A DNA stretch of 64,000 nucleotides, from the NCBI GenBank assembly GCA_002633005.1, contig NMRA01000068.1, positions 346,453-410,452 on the forward strand, in the 5' to 3' direction. This document shows, piece after piece, positions 51,833 through 64,000 of the stretch; the first letter of the stretch is position 1, and each line of letters starts with the position of its first letter. This DNA comes from Phoronis australis. Lineage: Eukaryota > Animalia > Phoronida. Made by a program: the position numbers and the translations under genes. The notes under the pieces were generated by a model. It made no database searches. It saw only the letters and a list, made by a program, of their open reading frames with translations, and was not told the DNA's origin.

Positions 51833-51943
51833 CATTTAATTTCGCCCTTAGTCTTTACAATGAGTGATTTTGTTGCAACATGAATCCAGTATCCAGTTTA
51901 CACCCTTGTGTTAGTTTATCATTCATTTTTTTTTCTTTTCAAG

Positions 51944-52278
51944 GTGAGCGTCCAACTTCTCCTGCCACCTCAGATCACAGTTGCAGCACTGCCCCCTATG
52001 AGGAAGAAAGTGGCGAGCAGTGTGCTGACCATCCACCTGCTCCATCTACTGTCTCTCTGACTGCATCACCAGTTATTGTAACGACCCCTGTTTTGTCCAA
52101 ACAAACTGGACCTACTTCCCAGACAGCCCAGAAGGATGCCGACAGTGGTGGTGTAGCCTGCACCATTCTCACCACCGTCACCAATTCACCAGCTGCGGTG
52201 GTGGTGCCTGCAGTCTCAGCAACTCCTGCATTTCTTCACCATCTTGGTCTTTCTACGAAAGGACCACGTCCTATGCAG
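51944..52278 (+). CDS. C2H2 zinc-finger protein exon (Pro/Ser/Thr-rich)
   Basis: Long pyrimidine tract then caag|GT (phase 1); encodes GERPTSPATSDH...GPRPMQ; donor CAG|gtggac (phase 0). Confidence 0.82.
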
Positions 52279-53174
52279 GTGGACATTTTGTTCGTCGTTA
52301 TTACATTTGTTGAGATATTTAGCATTCCTGCTTAGGTGTGACATGATAGATTTATGGATTGAGTGGGGGTTCTTGATTATTTCTATAGTAAGCTTGTGTT
52401 ACAAATATTATTTTGTCATGTTTTTTTCATGGTCTCAAGTTTATACTACCTGGTGGACTTTCATATCAAGAAGCAATCTAGTACTTTAAAAGAGACCTGA
52501 ACTACTTGCTTCAGCATTTTAGTATGAATTTTGAAAATATAAAGGTTTTTTCTGACATTCTCATCTTAAATAGTGCACAGTATTTTTCTTTTTGGGCATC
52601 AACGGACATTCACCTTGCCCGCTGCAGCCGTTAAAATGAAAAACAGCCTAATAATGTCATTTTCTTGCATAATTCTCCACCTTTTGTAACAAAGAAAAGT
52701 CAGTCGTCATTTTGAAAATAGAACCCTCGTGACACGCTCATGCGACATCTCTCGGGAGATGATGACAGGTTTGCATCTGCAAAATTAGTTCTGAAATTCG
52801 GTTTGCTGGGATTAAAATACTAAAAACTTGAAACGAAATAACACCTATTCTGATTATTTGTTGTGACATTTACGCAACCTCATGGACGAGAAGAACCGTT
52901 GATTGAACAAAACTGGCCAATAAGGGAATAGGTGACAGTGCCAAAAGTCGACCCAAAAGAGTGCAGCAGATTGAATGGTAGAACGTCTTTTTTATCACCT
53001 GTAAACAATTTAGTTTACTCAAGGAAGACACTAAATTTGTGTTAGATTTTATTTGGTCAGTTTTTACCCACATTGGCACAATAGCTGTATATTTAGTATA
53101 CAGCTTTTCACCAAGGCAAGGCTTCTCGGCCAGGGACCTTGGCCTGAGTTGTACACATAAAGTGAACTATATAT

Positions 53175-54041
53175 ATATTTTGCATCCACCCCTCTAAAAT
53201 TGGCATGTATGTGCTTACTATGAAGAGGACGGTTGACAATGATTTTCCGACGATTTTGAATACTGTGGCTCCTAGTGGCAGTTTTGTTTTTTTGCACCTA
53301 TGGCTGTATCTCCTAAACCGTTCGCAGGATCTTTACTTAATTTAGCAAGTGTATTTATGTGATGTTGACTACGGATGACGACAGCTCTGACTACTGCTGT
53401 GCCTCCTAGTGTCAATTTTGGTTTTTTACGTTTAACTCGGTATCTTCAAAGGTCCTCAACAGATTTTCATTAATTTTAAATATAGGCATCTGTTGCTGTG
53501 GTGATGCTATCTGCCTGTTTTTGGATGGAATCGAGGTATTTTGCTCCACCTAGTCGCCACTTTTGCTGTTTTCAAATCTTATTTTTGGTGTCCATCCCTG
53601 TGTCAACCAAATCATTTGAAAATTGGCATATATGTTTTCAGTGTGAAGATGACCTTTGATGATGGTGGCTGATTACTGTGGCGCCTCCTAGTGGTAGTTT
53701 TGTTTTGCGCCCATAGTTATATCTCTTAAACCTACTGCAGGATCTTTACTAAATTTAGTAAGTGTATTTATATGAAGATAACAACTGACGACGACGACTT
53801 TCAGGCAGATCCAATGGACACTGTGCCCACTAGTGGCAATTTCATTTTATTCTGTTTTCCTTTGTTTCTCTGAAGTTCCTTGACAAATTTTTATGAAATA
53901 TGGCATGTTCCTGTTTTTGGATGGATTGTATGTTTTTTGCGCCATCTAGTTTCCATTTTTACGATACAATAAACAACCCTAAAAGCACACCATTTGCAAT
54001 GCATTTGTGGGCGCATTTCAACGCTCTGCGTTGCTCTTGTT
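53175..54041 (+). mobile_element. 5'-truncated HINE copy ending 44 nt before a splice acceptor
   Basis: Closely matches 37410-38304; intact 3' end GTGGGCGCATTTCAACGCTCTGCGTTGCTCTTGTT. Confidence 0.85.
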
Positions 54042-54085
54042 ATTTGTTAATTACGCATACATTAATGCATATTCTTGTGTTACAG

Positions 54086-54472
54086 GCCTTTTCACCAAAT
54101 ATCAGCGTTGTTCAGTCAACGCCTGTGTCAATTTTAATGCCTGTCAATCAACCACCGTCACCTGTCAGTCAAGGAATACAGACCCTAGTTAGCCGGTCAA
54201 TGCCGGTCATACTGAAAACACCTTCACACCCTTCAACATCTGCTACGGGGGACCGTACTCCACCCATGTCTGCTCTGGGGTACCGTACTCCACCCATCAC
54301 CCCGCTAGCTCACAGCTCTTCATCTACAGCCGATAAAAGTACTGATGTTGAGAACCAAGAGAAATCAACCTTTGTAACACCAACCACATCAAGTCCTGCT
54401 GTTATGACATCGCCAATGGGTCACAGTTGGAAAACATCACCTTGCAAAGGCTTTTTCATTTGTGCTTTTCAG
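54086..54472 (+). CDS. C2H2 zinc-finger protein exon (S/T-P-rich; first Cys of a finger)
   Basis: ttacag|GCC acceptor; encodes AFSPNISVV...KGFFICAFQ; donor CAG|gtaaaa (phase 0). Confidence 0.85.
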
Positions 54473-54744
54473 GTAAAAATTTATTGTGAAACGTGTAAAT
54501 TGTGGGTATGGGGGTGCTTGCTTGAACTGTATTATGAAATTTGCCGTAAAAATTGAGAAGATAACATTTTGATAAGTAGAATTCGTAACAAGGTTAATTG
54601 TCTATGGAAATTGAAGAAAGGCCCTTTGGTCAGATTTTACCATTAAGTTGTACTGTGTTGCAGCTCTGATGATAAACCATATTATACCACATAAGTCTTG
54701 ATGCGGCCATGCAATAACCATGTCATATACAATAACCCAAGTGG

Positions 54745-55690
54745 TTATGCTTCTGTATCGGCCAAACCACTCAGAGGACCATTATGAAAATTGGCTGCTG
54801 TGTTCCTTCTGTGGTGCTCACTGCTGACATTATTTTCTCCTCTGCGGCTGTTACCTACTAAACCCCTCGCAAGATCACAATTTGTCAAGTCTATTCCTAT
54901 TAACTTGACATCAGAAGGACGTATCTGATTACAGCTGTGCCTTCTAATTGCAATGTTTTTGTTTTTGTTTTTACGTCTGCCTCTGTATATTTGGAGTTCC
55001 TTGTTGAATTTCCATGTAATATGACTAACAGTTTTGTAACAGAGAGACAACAACACTTCCCAATTTCAGATGGGTTTCATATTCTACGCCGCCTAGTGGT
55101 CACATTTTTGATAGTAGAAACACCATTTGCATTGCAGTTTTGAGTGCATTTCAACGCTCCACGTTGGCTCTTGTTATAGAATTCGGCAAACAAGTTTCTG
55201 TTATGAAAAAGACGATACTTTTCCATTTGATGATGGATTCGACGTATTCTTCCTTTTCACTACTTTCGACTCATCTGCCTTTATATACGTCAAACCGATC
55301 AGAGGATCATCATGAAAATTGGCATTCGTGTTTCTACTGACAAGCATGATTGATGTGGATTTCCAGATGGGTGCAGCTACTGAAGTGCCCCCTAGTGGCC
55401 TTTTTTGCATCTGGAGCCATCTCTCCCGGACTCCCTTGAAGTTTGGCTAGTGCATTTCTATTAACTAGACAGGTGGACGGACTGGGCTACTGCTGTGCCT
55501 CCTATTGGCAATTTGTTTTTTCACATTCACCCTTGCAATGTTCGGGGTTCTTTGACAGGTTTTCATGAAATTTAGGAAATACTTTTCTATTCCAAAGACA
55601 ACAACAACTTCCCATTTAGTGGCCATTTTTATGCTCCCACGGATTTATTTGTGGACTAATAATGCCGTCATCCCTGTTTGCCACTGTATG
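54745..55690 (+). mobile_element. Old HINE-related fragments
   Basis: 3' end at 55140-55174; CCTAGTGG cores at 55087 and 55385. Confidence 0.6.
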
Positions 55691-55727
55691 TCTCTAGCTT
55701 TTGCTTTGTGGTGGTATTACTGCATAA

Positions 55728-58700
55728 TTTTTATGCGCCCACGTATTGATATTAGGACGCATTATGCCGTTCACTCCGTCCCTGCGGGCGGCGTCCGTCC
55801 GGCGTCCGTCCGGCGTCCGCAGCTCTATCTCCAAAACCCTTTGACATACATTCATGAAATTTGGCACATATGTTCCATTCATGAATGGGACGGCATGAGC
55901 GAACTTTCGGATGGATCCGACTGCTGGTTTCCCCCCTAGTGGCAATTATTGTTTTTTACACTTACCTTTTTATCTTCAAAAGTCCTGAACAGATTTTCAT
56001 GAAATTTGGTATGTAGGCACCTATCAGTGAGATGACGCTATCCTTCCATTTTTGGATGGATTCGACGTAGTTTGCGCCACCTAGTGGCTATTTTTACTGT
56101 TTTCGAGTCTGTTTTTTTGCGTCCACCCCAAACAGCTCAAAGGATGATTGTGAAAATTGGCATGTATGTGCTTATTATGAAGAGGACGGTTGACGATGAT
56201 TTTCCGACGATTTCAACTACTGTGGCACCTCCTAGTAGCAGTTTTGTTTTTTGTTTTGCGCCTATAGCTGTATCTCCTAAACCGTTAGCAGGATCTTTAC
56301 GAAATTTTGGAAGTATATTTATATGATCTTAACAACGGACGGCGACGACTTTTGGACAGATCCGAGTACCGGTCTGCCCCCTAGTGGCAATTTTAATTTT
56401 TTTACGTTTACCTTTGTATCTTCAAAAGTCCTCAACGGATTTTCATGAAATTTAATGTGTAGGCACCTATTAGTGAGTTGACGCTATCTTCCCGTTTTCC
56501 GATTGATTTGACGTAGTTTGCGCCACCTAATGGCCATTTTTACTTGTTTTCAAGTCTGTTTTTTGCGTCCACCCCTCTATCAACCAATCCGCTCAAAGGA
56601 TGATTGTGAAAATTGGCATGTATGTGCTTACCATAAAGAGGACGGTTGACGATGATTTTCCGACGATTTTGACTACTGTGGCACCTCCTAGTCGCAGTTT
56701 TGTTTTTGTTGCGCCTATGGCTGTATCTCCTAAATCGTTTGCAGGATCTTAACTTAATTTAGCAAGGATATTTATATTATGTTGACGACGGGTGACGACA
56801 ACTTTCGGACAGATCTGACTACTGCTGTGCCCTCATGTGGCAAATTTTTTTACATTTAACTCAGTATCTTCAAAAGTCCTCAACAGATTTTCATAAAATT
56901 TTAAATATAGGCATCTATTGGTGTGATGACGCTATCTTCTTGTTTTTGGATGGAATCGAGGTATTTTGCACCACCTAGTGGCCATTTTTGCTGTTTTCAA
57001 ATCTTGTTTTTGGTGTCCACCCCTGTATCAACCAAGTCATTTGAAAATTGGCATTTTTGTTCTCAGTGTGAAGACGACCTTTGATGATGGTGACTGACTA
57101 CTGTGGCGCCTCCTAGTGGTAGTTTTGTTTTGCGCCCATAGTTGTATCTTTTAATCCCACTGCAGGATCTTTACTAAATTTAGTAAGTGTACCGTATTCA
57201 CCGTAATAACTGTCCATGCCCCTATGAGCTCCCCCTCGCGTTTTCAGACTTTGCTAAAATAAGCTCCCAGTCCATGAACGTGTATGTGCGAAAAATGCCT
57301 TACATAAAGTTCTAAAATTCTGTAGTAACGCCTTCAATTTATCAATAATATCCGACAGTTCTGAAAAAAATCATCGTGTGCAGAGTCTGTAGACCACAAG
57401 CCTCGCCGCTATGTCGGTATTTAGCGGTGACTATGCACTTCAAACTTCAGCCATGCCTCAAAACAAACACAAAAGTTCTGCTGATATTGCGAGGACCAAT
57501 GGTCTGGCCTTTCAGAACAGAAGTAGTGTACTTGTCTGCGGGATTGCTTTGTAGATATTTCCCGCTTTCAACAGGAATCCAGATTTCTTTGTAGGCCTAC
57601 ACGTGAAAACCGTGAATCGAAGACTAATAAAAACCTTGGCCAGTGTTAAAAGCACATGGCCAGCATGAACCAGTCATCAAAGACGTTAGTCGGGAACTAT
57701 CCATTCATGAAACGGGTAGCATAGCATGGGCAAGAAATGTATGTTGGCACTAATGTCCGACAGTTTCTAATACTATAAAAATGTTTGCATTGTTTTTAAG
57801 ATGAATTGTTTGATTAACCATAATTGGTGTTTTTAAGCCAAATATCCGATAAAATGACCACTGACAGTGAATGCTTACACACCCTTACACAGAAAAATAA
57901 CTGTCAGATAGTCACGTACGCATCCAGCCACACGGCGACTAATCGTACGCATCCAGCCACACGGTGACTAATATGGGCCTTACCGAGACAAATGTCGACC
58001 GTTGATAGCACATGAGACCGGCAAGTGCTGAATGAAACACGCTCTGGTTTAGGCCTACTGCTTGTGCAAATTTCTTTAGATACAATGCACATCTAGCTCA
58101 TTAGATTGCATGGCTCTGACCAAAAGACAGTGTCTGCTCCGGCAAATGAACTCTGGTGACACGTACGCGCTCGCTTACTCACAAACGCAGACAACTTTAA
58201 AACAAACGTCACTTGACAACGTGTTTTCGTCCAGACTTTTTTCTCATATTGCCGATCATACCTGTAGATGGCAGGATGTAACACAGATTTGTACTTAAAC
58301 CTGCCGTGATCCCGACTCCACGGGAACTCAAAAATCTTAGGGACGCTACTTGGAAAACTTAAGGAGGATTTCAGGTAATTTGCTTGAGTCAAAACTGTAG
58401 TTTTATTCAAGCATTCAAGTCTCCATATCGACGATTGCGAGGCAGGCAGTCGGCGTGTTTTCGCCTTGGGATTTCAGCACAATTTTATGTAAAATGATCG
58501 TAATTTATCAGCAACGTTTGATAGCAATGCATCACGGTTTTGTAGAAAGTCTTTCATAGATTATAGATACGTCACAGAGCGTAAATATGACGAATCTTAG
58601 CTTCCGATTTCACCCGTTTCGGAGACCGGATTCAACGGCCTTCAACGGGTTATAATAAGCGCCCCCTGAAACGAACTTTTCTAAGCGCCCTCGGTGGTTA

Positions 58701-58909
58701 TTACGGCATTTATATGAAGATAACAACAGACGACGACTTTCAGGCAGATCCAACGGACACTGTGCCCACTAGTGGCATTTTCATTTTATTCTGTTTACCT
58801 TTGTTTTACGCCATTTAGTGGCCATTTTATGATACAAATAAATAACCCTGAAAGCATACCATTTGCAATGCATTCGTGAGCGCATTTCAACGCTCATCGT
58901 TGCTCTTGT
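55728..58909 (+). mobile_element. Full-length HINE copy with three ~447-bp higher-order repeats, split by a nested TIR element
   Basis: 5' TTTTTATGCGCCCACG; repeat landmarks at 56074/56520/56968; resumes at 58708 and ends ...CGTTGCTCTTGT at 58909. Confidence 0.88.
57192..58707. mobile_element. 1.5-kb TIR element, copy B (HIRAN-like remnant), nested in a HINE
   Basis: TA-CCGTATTCACCGTAATAAC...; collinear with 48256-49764; right terminus lacks its last ~9 bp; private 29-bp tandem duplication at 57915-57972. Confidence 0.88.
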
Positions 58910-59244
58910 ATATCCACTTGAGAGTGAAACAAGTATGTTTTGAAATATCGTGTGTCTTAATGTTTCTTGGTTAGTAGCAATGTCTTGTTGAGTGTCGAAC
59001 TTTGTTCCGAGGATACAAATGGAACGGAATAAAGATTATTAATAACAAGTGTCTGGTAGTCAACCAATTTTGCATATCTTAAACAATGACTTAAGATTCC
59101 CTGTGTACCTTACAGATAGGTGGCCACTTTTAACGAACTAAGTTTTTGCTTTGTATGTATTTAGTTAGTTCTTTCTTTGTGTCTGCTTATTATTACACAA
59201 CCATTGATATTTCTGTACTCTGATTATCTAAAACATATTATCAT

Positions 59245-60662
59245 TAAGGCTTGATGCTTTGAAATTACCAGGTTGCATTTTGCGACCTAACCCAAAATCC
59301 CAGGTCGCATTGTCAAAATCCAGCTCGCATTCATGAATTCCAGGTAGCAAAAATTTTTCAACCTTTTTCCGCGCCAAAATTGATTTTTATATCACCTAGA
59401 AAATGTTTCGATCATGACGCTATCCTCCCGTTTTCAGATGGATTCGACATTGCGCCACCTAGTGGCCATTTTTACTGTTTTCGAGTCTGTATTTTTGCGT
59501 CTACCCCTCTATCAACCAAACCGCTCAAAGGATGGTTGTGAAAATTGGCATGTATGTGCTTACTATAAAGAAGACAGCTGACAATGATTTTCAGACGATT
59601 TGGATTACTGTGGCGCCTCCTAGTGGCAGTTTTGTTTTTTTGCGCCTATGGCTGTATCTCCTAAACCGTTCGCAGGATCTTTACGAAATTTAATAAGTGT
59701 AATTATATGATGTTAACAACAGACGATGACCTAGCCTATTGAGGAGACAATGACCATGCCTTTCCATTTTGCAAAGTACAACATACTACATATATGCCCT
59801 CTACTGGCCACTTTATGGTACCAATAAACAACCCTAGACGGATACCGTATACGGTGCAATTGTGGGCGCATTTCAACGCTCTGCGTTGCTCTTGTAAATA
59901 TTTAGGAAAGATAATTTTTTTGAAAACTGAATTTGTTGTTGTGTAGAAGGATAGTGTGACTCACTGTAAAGGCTACGTGTCAATTTCAAACCACATGCGG
60001 TTGTTTTTAGTGCACTACGATGGGTGCTAGCTGGAACTATGGTAGACGGAGACCACTGTCATTAGCTGGCCCCAGTAGAGACGTTGAAGCTCTTATAGGA
60101 GGCCATTTTTACACTGCGTGCTTGTTTCTACCGCACCGGTCAGGAGCATGTGCAATGTTAAATAGGGAGAGTTGCCAACTTGGGCCACTGAACGAAGGAC
60201 TGCTCAAAGAAAAAGTTTGATTATGGGAGTATTTGTTTGAGTTGGAAGGAATTTAAGACATCGACGGCCTGCTAAGATGTCCATTTATGCGCAAACGGTT
60301 CTTATAACAATGTGACTTAGATGTTTAATCTGTGACTGTGAGACATAATTGTCGGAAAAGCTTTCGTCTCTGCTGGGGCCAGGTACAGGCGGTGGTCACT
60401 GTCTAGAAATATGAAGTCATCGAGAAGGTTGTTCACGGTTAGTGTTCTTTTGAACTTGATTCAGCTACAACCAAATAACGGTCATATTTGCACGAGTTGT
60501 TGTATATTTGTCAGGTATCTGCCGAGAAGTGTAAAAACTCAGCTCACATACGTTGGAAATTTCAGGTCGCACTTTAAGACTTGATACAAGCAGGCCAAAA
60601 TCTCTCGCATTTCCAAATTTCAGGTCGCAAATGTGACGCGTAGCTCGTTATGTCTAGCCCTG
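59245..60662. mobile_element. hAT-like non-autonomous element containing a HINE fragment
   Basis: Imperfect termini TAAGGCTTGA / TCTAGCCCTG; CAGGTCGCA motifs clustered at both ends; possible decayed 8-bp TSD (5/8 match). Confidence 0.45.
59415..59895 (+). mobile_element. 5'-truncated HINE copy
   Basis: Nearly identical to the reverse complement of 1-170 over the shared part; intact 3' subTIR and hairpin at 59862-59895. Confidence 0.85.
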
Positions 60663-61018
60663 ATCATAACTTTCGTTATCAGCTAGCCTTAGAATATCAG
60701 CTTTCATAAGCCACGCAGATGGCTAAGTTTCACTATTCATGAATCATAAAACAAAATCAGACAATAGCAACACATCAGTGCAGGTAAAACATACCATTTG
60801 AATATGAGACAAAGAAATAAGAGGAAATAAGGATTATTGTTTGTGTTTTTACTCAAGAATAGACGATCCCTCAGGCGTTTTAGGTCATGTGGACTTAAGG
60901 AAAGCAATGTTGCTCTCATTCAGTCTATGACCTAACATCACCTGCGGGATTGGTCCATGTTTGTATGTTGGTTCTTCTTTCTTGCACTTCACTGCTACTG
61001 TTCACTATCCACTCACAG

Positions 61019-61199
61019 GACTGCGAGTTCTCTTCAAATGATGCCAATGAATTCCGCCAGCACAACTTATGCAGCCACAACCATGGCTCCACCTATCCTT
61101 GTGTCTATTGCCACCTTCGGTTTGACAATGGCGATGCGCTGACCCACCACATGAGACAACATTCAACAAAGAAACTGTTCCAAACCTACCAGTGCACAG
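61019..61199 (+). CDS. C2H2 zinc-finger protein exon (gene continues beyond the right edge)
   Basis: cacag|GAC acceptor; encodes DCEFSSNDANEFRQHNLCSH, YPCVYCHLRFDNGDALTHHMRQH and YQCT; donor G|gtacca. Completes the finger begun in the previous exon. Confidence 0.9.
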
Positions 61200-62006
61200 G
61201 TACCATGAGAAGCTCTTGTAGATTTAATTATCTCCCAGAAATATTGGGAACAGTTCACAGATTCTTTAGAAGTACAACCATGCACCCGCTTTTATTTAAT
61301 TTAAAGATTGTATTAACCATGTTCTGGTATTAAGTTTCTTCACAAGTATACTTGCTCTTCCATATCATTGTTATCTTGGTCTTATTGTTTGAATATGAAA
61401 CATTCTACATACAGCTTTTTTGCATTGTGAGAACTCAAAAGTGATTCTAATTCTGTTGCGTAAGATGAGGAAAGTTGATGGGGGTGAAACGGAATTTCAT
61501 TCAGTCACAGACATTTTGAGACTAAACGTTTGAAGTGTTTTAGTATCCCACTGCACTGCAGTGGCACTTTCACACCTAATGGTGGAAAAAATATAAAAAA
61601 CCTGGGATATATCCCATGTAAAATTAAAATGATGCAAAAATGCAGAACACTTCCAAATACCTACGTTATCTAGCGCTAAGGTGTATTTCATCTTGTCACC
61701 ACTGTATCAGAAAATGGCTATTGAAATGGATAACAATTAGTTGACCATCTGACAACCTGACCTTTTTAGCACCTGACATTGTGAGTCTGATTGGTAATAA
61801 CAAGTTTTCAGTTCTTCTCTAACTTGTAATTCTAATCGGTGTTAGAAAGAAACAGGATGTTTTTAATGCTAAGTGACCTAAATTGGAAGTTTATATGACG
61901 GAAGGTAAAATGTTATTGCACCTTGTAAGCCAAGGCACTTATTCTTTTCTCTTCACTCAGCAGCATTTCTCACCTATTTTGGTGGACAAGTGAATATTTC
62001 ATCAAT

Positions 62007-64000
62007 TTTATGCACTCACATATTTTTAAGTGGGTGCATGTTGCCATCGTCTCTGTCTGGGCGTCTGCATCTCCTAAACCCCTTGCAGGATCATAATGAA
62101 ATTTGGCAGATGTGTTCGTATGATGCTGACGACAGACGACAATGAGTTTCGGACCAATCTGTCTACTGCTCTTTCCCCAGTGGCAATTTTAGTTTTTTGC
62201 CTTTGTATTGTTTTAGTTCCTTGATGGATTGTCATAAAATTTTGGATAGGTTTCTATTAAGGAGACCATAACGTCTTCTCGTTTTCGAATGGATTTGACG
62301 TATTCTGTGTCACCTCGTGGCAATTTTTAAAAATTTGAGTATGTCTGCCTTCGTATCTGCCAAAGAAAATGAAGTTTTGTACTATTTGACAGATGATTTC
62401 CTGATGAGAAGACCGTAGCTGATACGCATTTTGGGACAGTTGTGGCTATTTTGGCGACCCTGAGTGGCAATTTTTGTTTTTTTCCGTCCACGGGTGTATC
62501 TCAACTCTTTGGTGTATCTTAGTGAAATGTGGCAGATATGTTCCCATGGAGATGATAAGAGATGATTTCAAGTTTCTGATCAATTCGACTACAGTTGTGC
62601 CCCCAAGTGGCAGTTTTAGTTTTTATGCTCTTACATATTTATATGTGGTGCATATTGCCGTCATCTCTGTCTGGGCGTCCTTGCAGGATCTTGTTGAAGT
62701 TTAGCAGGTGTGTTCCTGTGGGGCTGACGATAAAGGACGACGGGTTTTGGGCCGACCTGAATACCACTGTGCCCCCAAGTGGCAATTTTAGGTTTTTATA
62801 CGTTTGCCTCTATATCTTTGAGTTTCTTGATGGATGTTTATGCGCCCACATATCTTTATGTGGGCATTTTAATTATTTCTTACTCGTTTTTGTTGTCTGC
62901 TTCAGTGTATCCAAACTGTGCATAGGATCATTATGATGAGCATGACTGATATTGATTATCAAACGGGTCCAACTACTGTGACGCCCTCTAGTGATATTTT
63001 TTGGATCTAGGGTTTTATCTCCTAAACCCTTTACAAGATGTTTTTGAAATTTTGCAGTTGTATTCCTGTTAACTTGACAGCAGATGGATGGATGTGACTA
63101 CTGCTGTGGTTCCAATTTTTTACGTTTGCCTTTGTATCTTTGGAGTTCTTTGACGGATTTTCATGAACTTAGGCAAATAGTTTGGAGAGACGGCACCTTC
63201 CCATTTTTCCATGGGTTCAATGTATTCTGTGCCATCTAATGGCCATTTTTTATGACACAAATAAACACCCCTAGAAGCAGCACCGTTTGCAGTGCAGTTG
63301 TAGTCGCATTTCAGTGTTCCGCGTTGCTCTTGTTTTACGTTTGCCTCTGTATCTTTGGAGTTCATGGATGGATTTTTCTGAAATTTGGCAAATAGGTTTC
63401 TATAATGTGACAACTATACCTGTCCATTTTTGCATATTTTGCACCATTTTTATGACTTTGAATTTGTTTTTGTAGCGAATTCCTCTTTTTCTGCCAAACT
63501 ATACAAAGGATCATTAGGAATCATATTAGTTGTGTTCTGGTGATTTTCGTGTGGTTGTGACTTTTGTAGCGTCCCCTAGTGGTGACTTTGTATTGTTTGC
63601 AAACATGGTTGCAGCTCCTGATTTCTTGGCATGATGTTTGTGAACTTTGACTCGTGTTTTTCTATGGATGTGACAATGGGAGTCCATGACTTCCACAGTT
63701 GCCCCCCAGTAGCAATTTTATTTTTTTGCCTTTGCTGTGAGTTCCTTGTTTTTTCTTAAACTTTGGCAAACAATTTTCCATTGAAGATGACAGCATCTTT
63801 CCACTTTATGATGGATTTGACATGTTCTGCGCCACCTAGTGGCCATGTGAAATATTTTTGAGTCTTCTTTTTTGTTGTCTGCTTCTGTATCCTTTGAACC
63901 ACTCAGAGGATTGTTATGAAAACTGACAGATGTGTTCCTTCAGACATGAGCGTGACTGTCGTTGATTTTCAGATGGGTCCAACTACAGTGGTGCCCCCTA
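62007..64000 (+). mobile_element. Cluster of old, diverged HINE-related copies (runs off the right edge)
   Basis: Degenerate 5' palindromes at 62009, 62625 and 62840; 3' end at ~63300-63333; cores GCGCCACCTAGTGGCCA at 63829 and GTGCCCCCTA at 63991. Confidence 0.7.

Overview
AT-rich animal (invertebrate, plausibly lophotrochozoan) genomic DNA containing two divergent, intron-rich genes that both run off the window. (1) Minus strand: an SLC22/organic cation transporter-like MFS gene with four coding exons (7352-7020, 6188-5958, 4778-4582, 3716-3477) that splice in frame at GT-AG sites. (2) Plus strand: a large C2H2 zinc-finger protein gene with five coding exons (42391-43953, 44655-45290, 51944-52278, 54086-54472, 61019-61199); one finger only forms after splicing across a 6.5-kb intron. 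A candidate bidirectional promoter lies near 13.8-14.0 kb. The rest is mostly transposon material: about a dozen copies of one non-autonomous Helentron-type (HINE/DINE-1-like) family, three families of TA-flanked TIR elements (one carrying a decayed HIRAN-like ORF, present twice), hAT and PIF/Harbinger MITEs, and decayed Gypsy, Tc1, hAT and LINE coding remnants. The most notable observation is that the HINE's internal ~150-bp subunits (a ~450-bp three-subunit higher-order repeat) each carry a match to the CTCF core motif. All copies I could orient lie in the sense direction of the nearer gene, so the motif arrays converge on the divergent promoter region. All calls were made by eye, with no database search; most short ORFs in the supplied track are repeat-derived noise.
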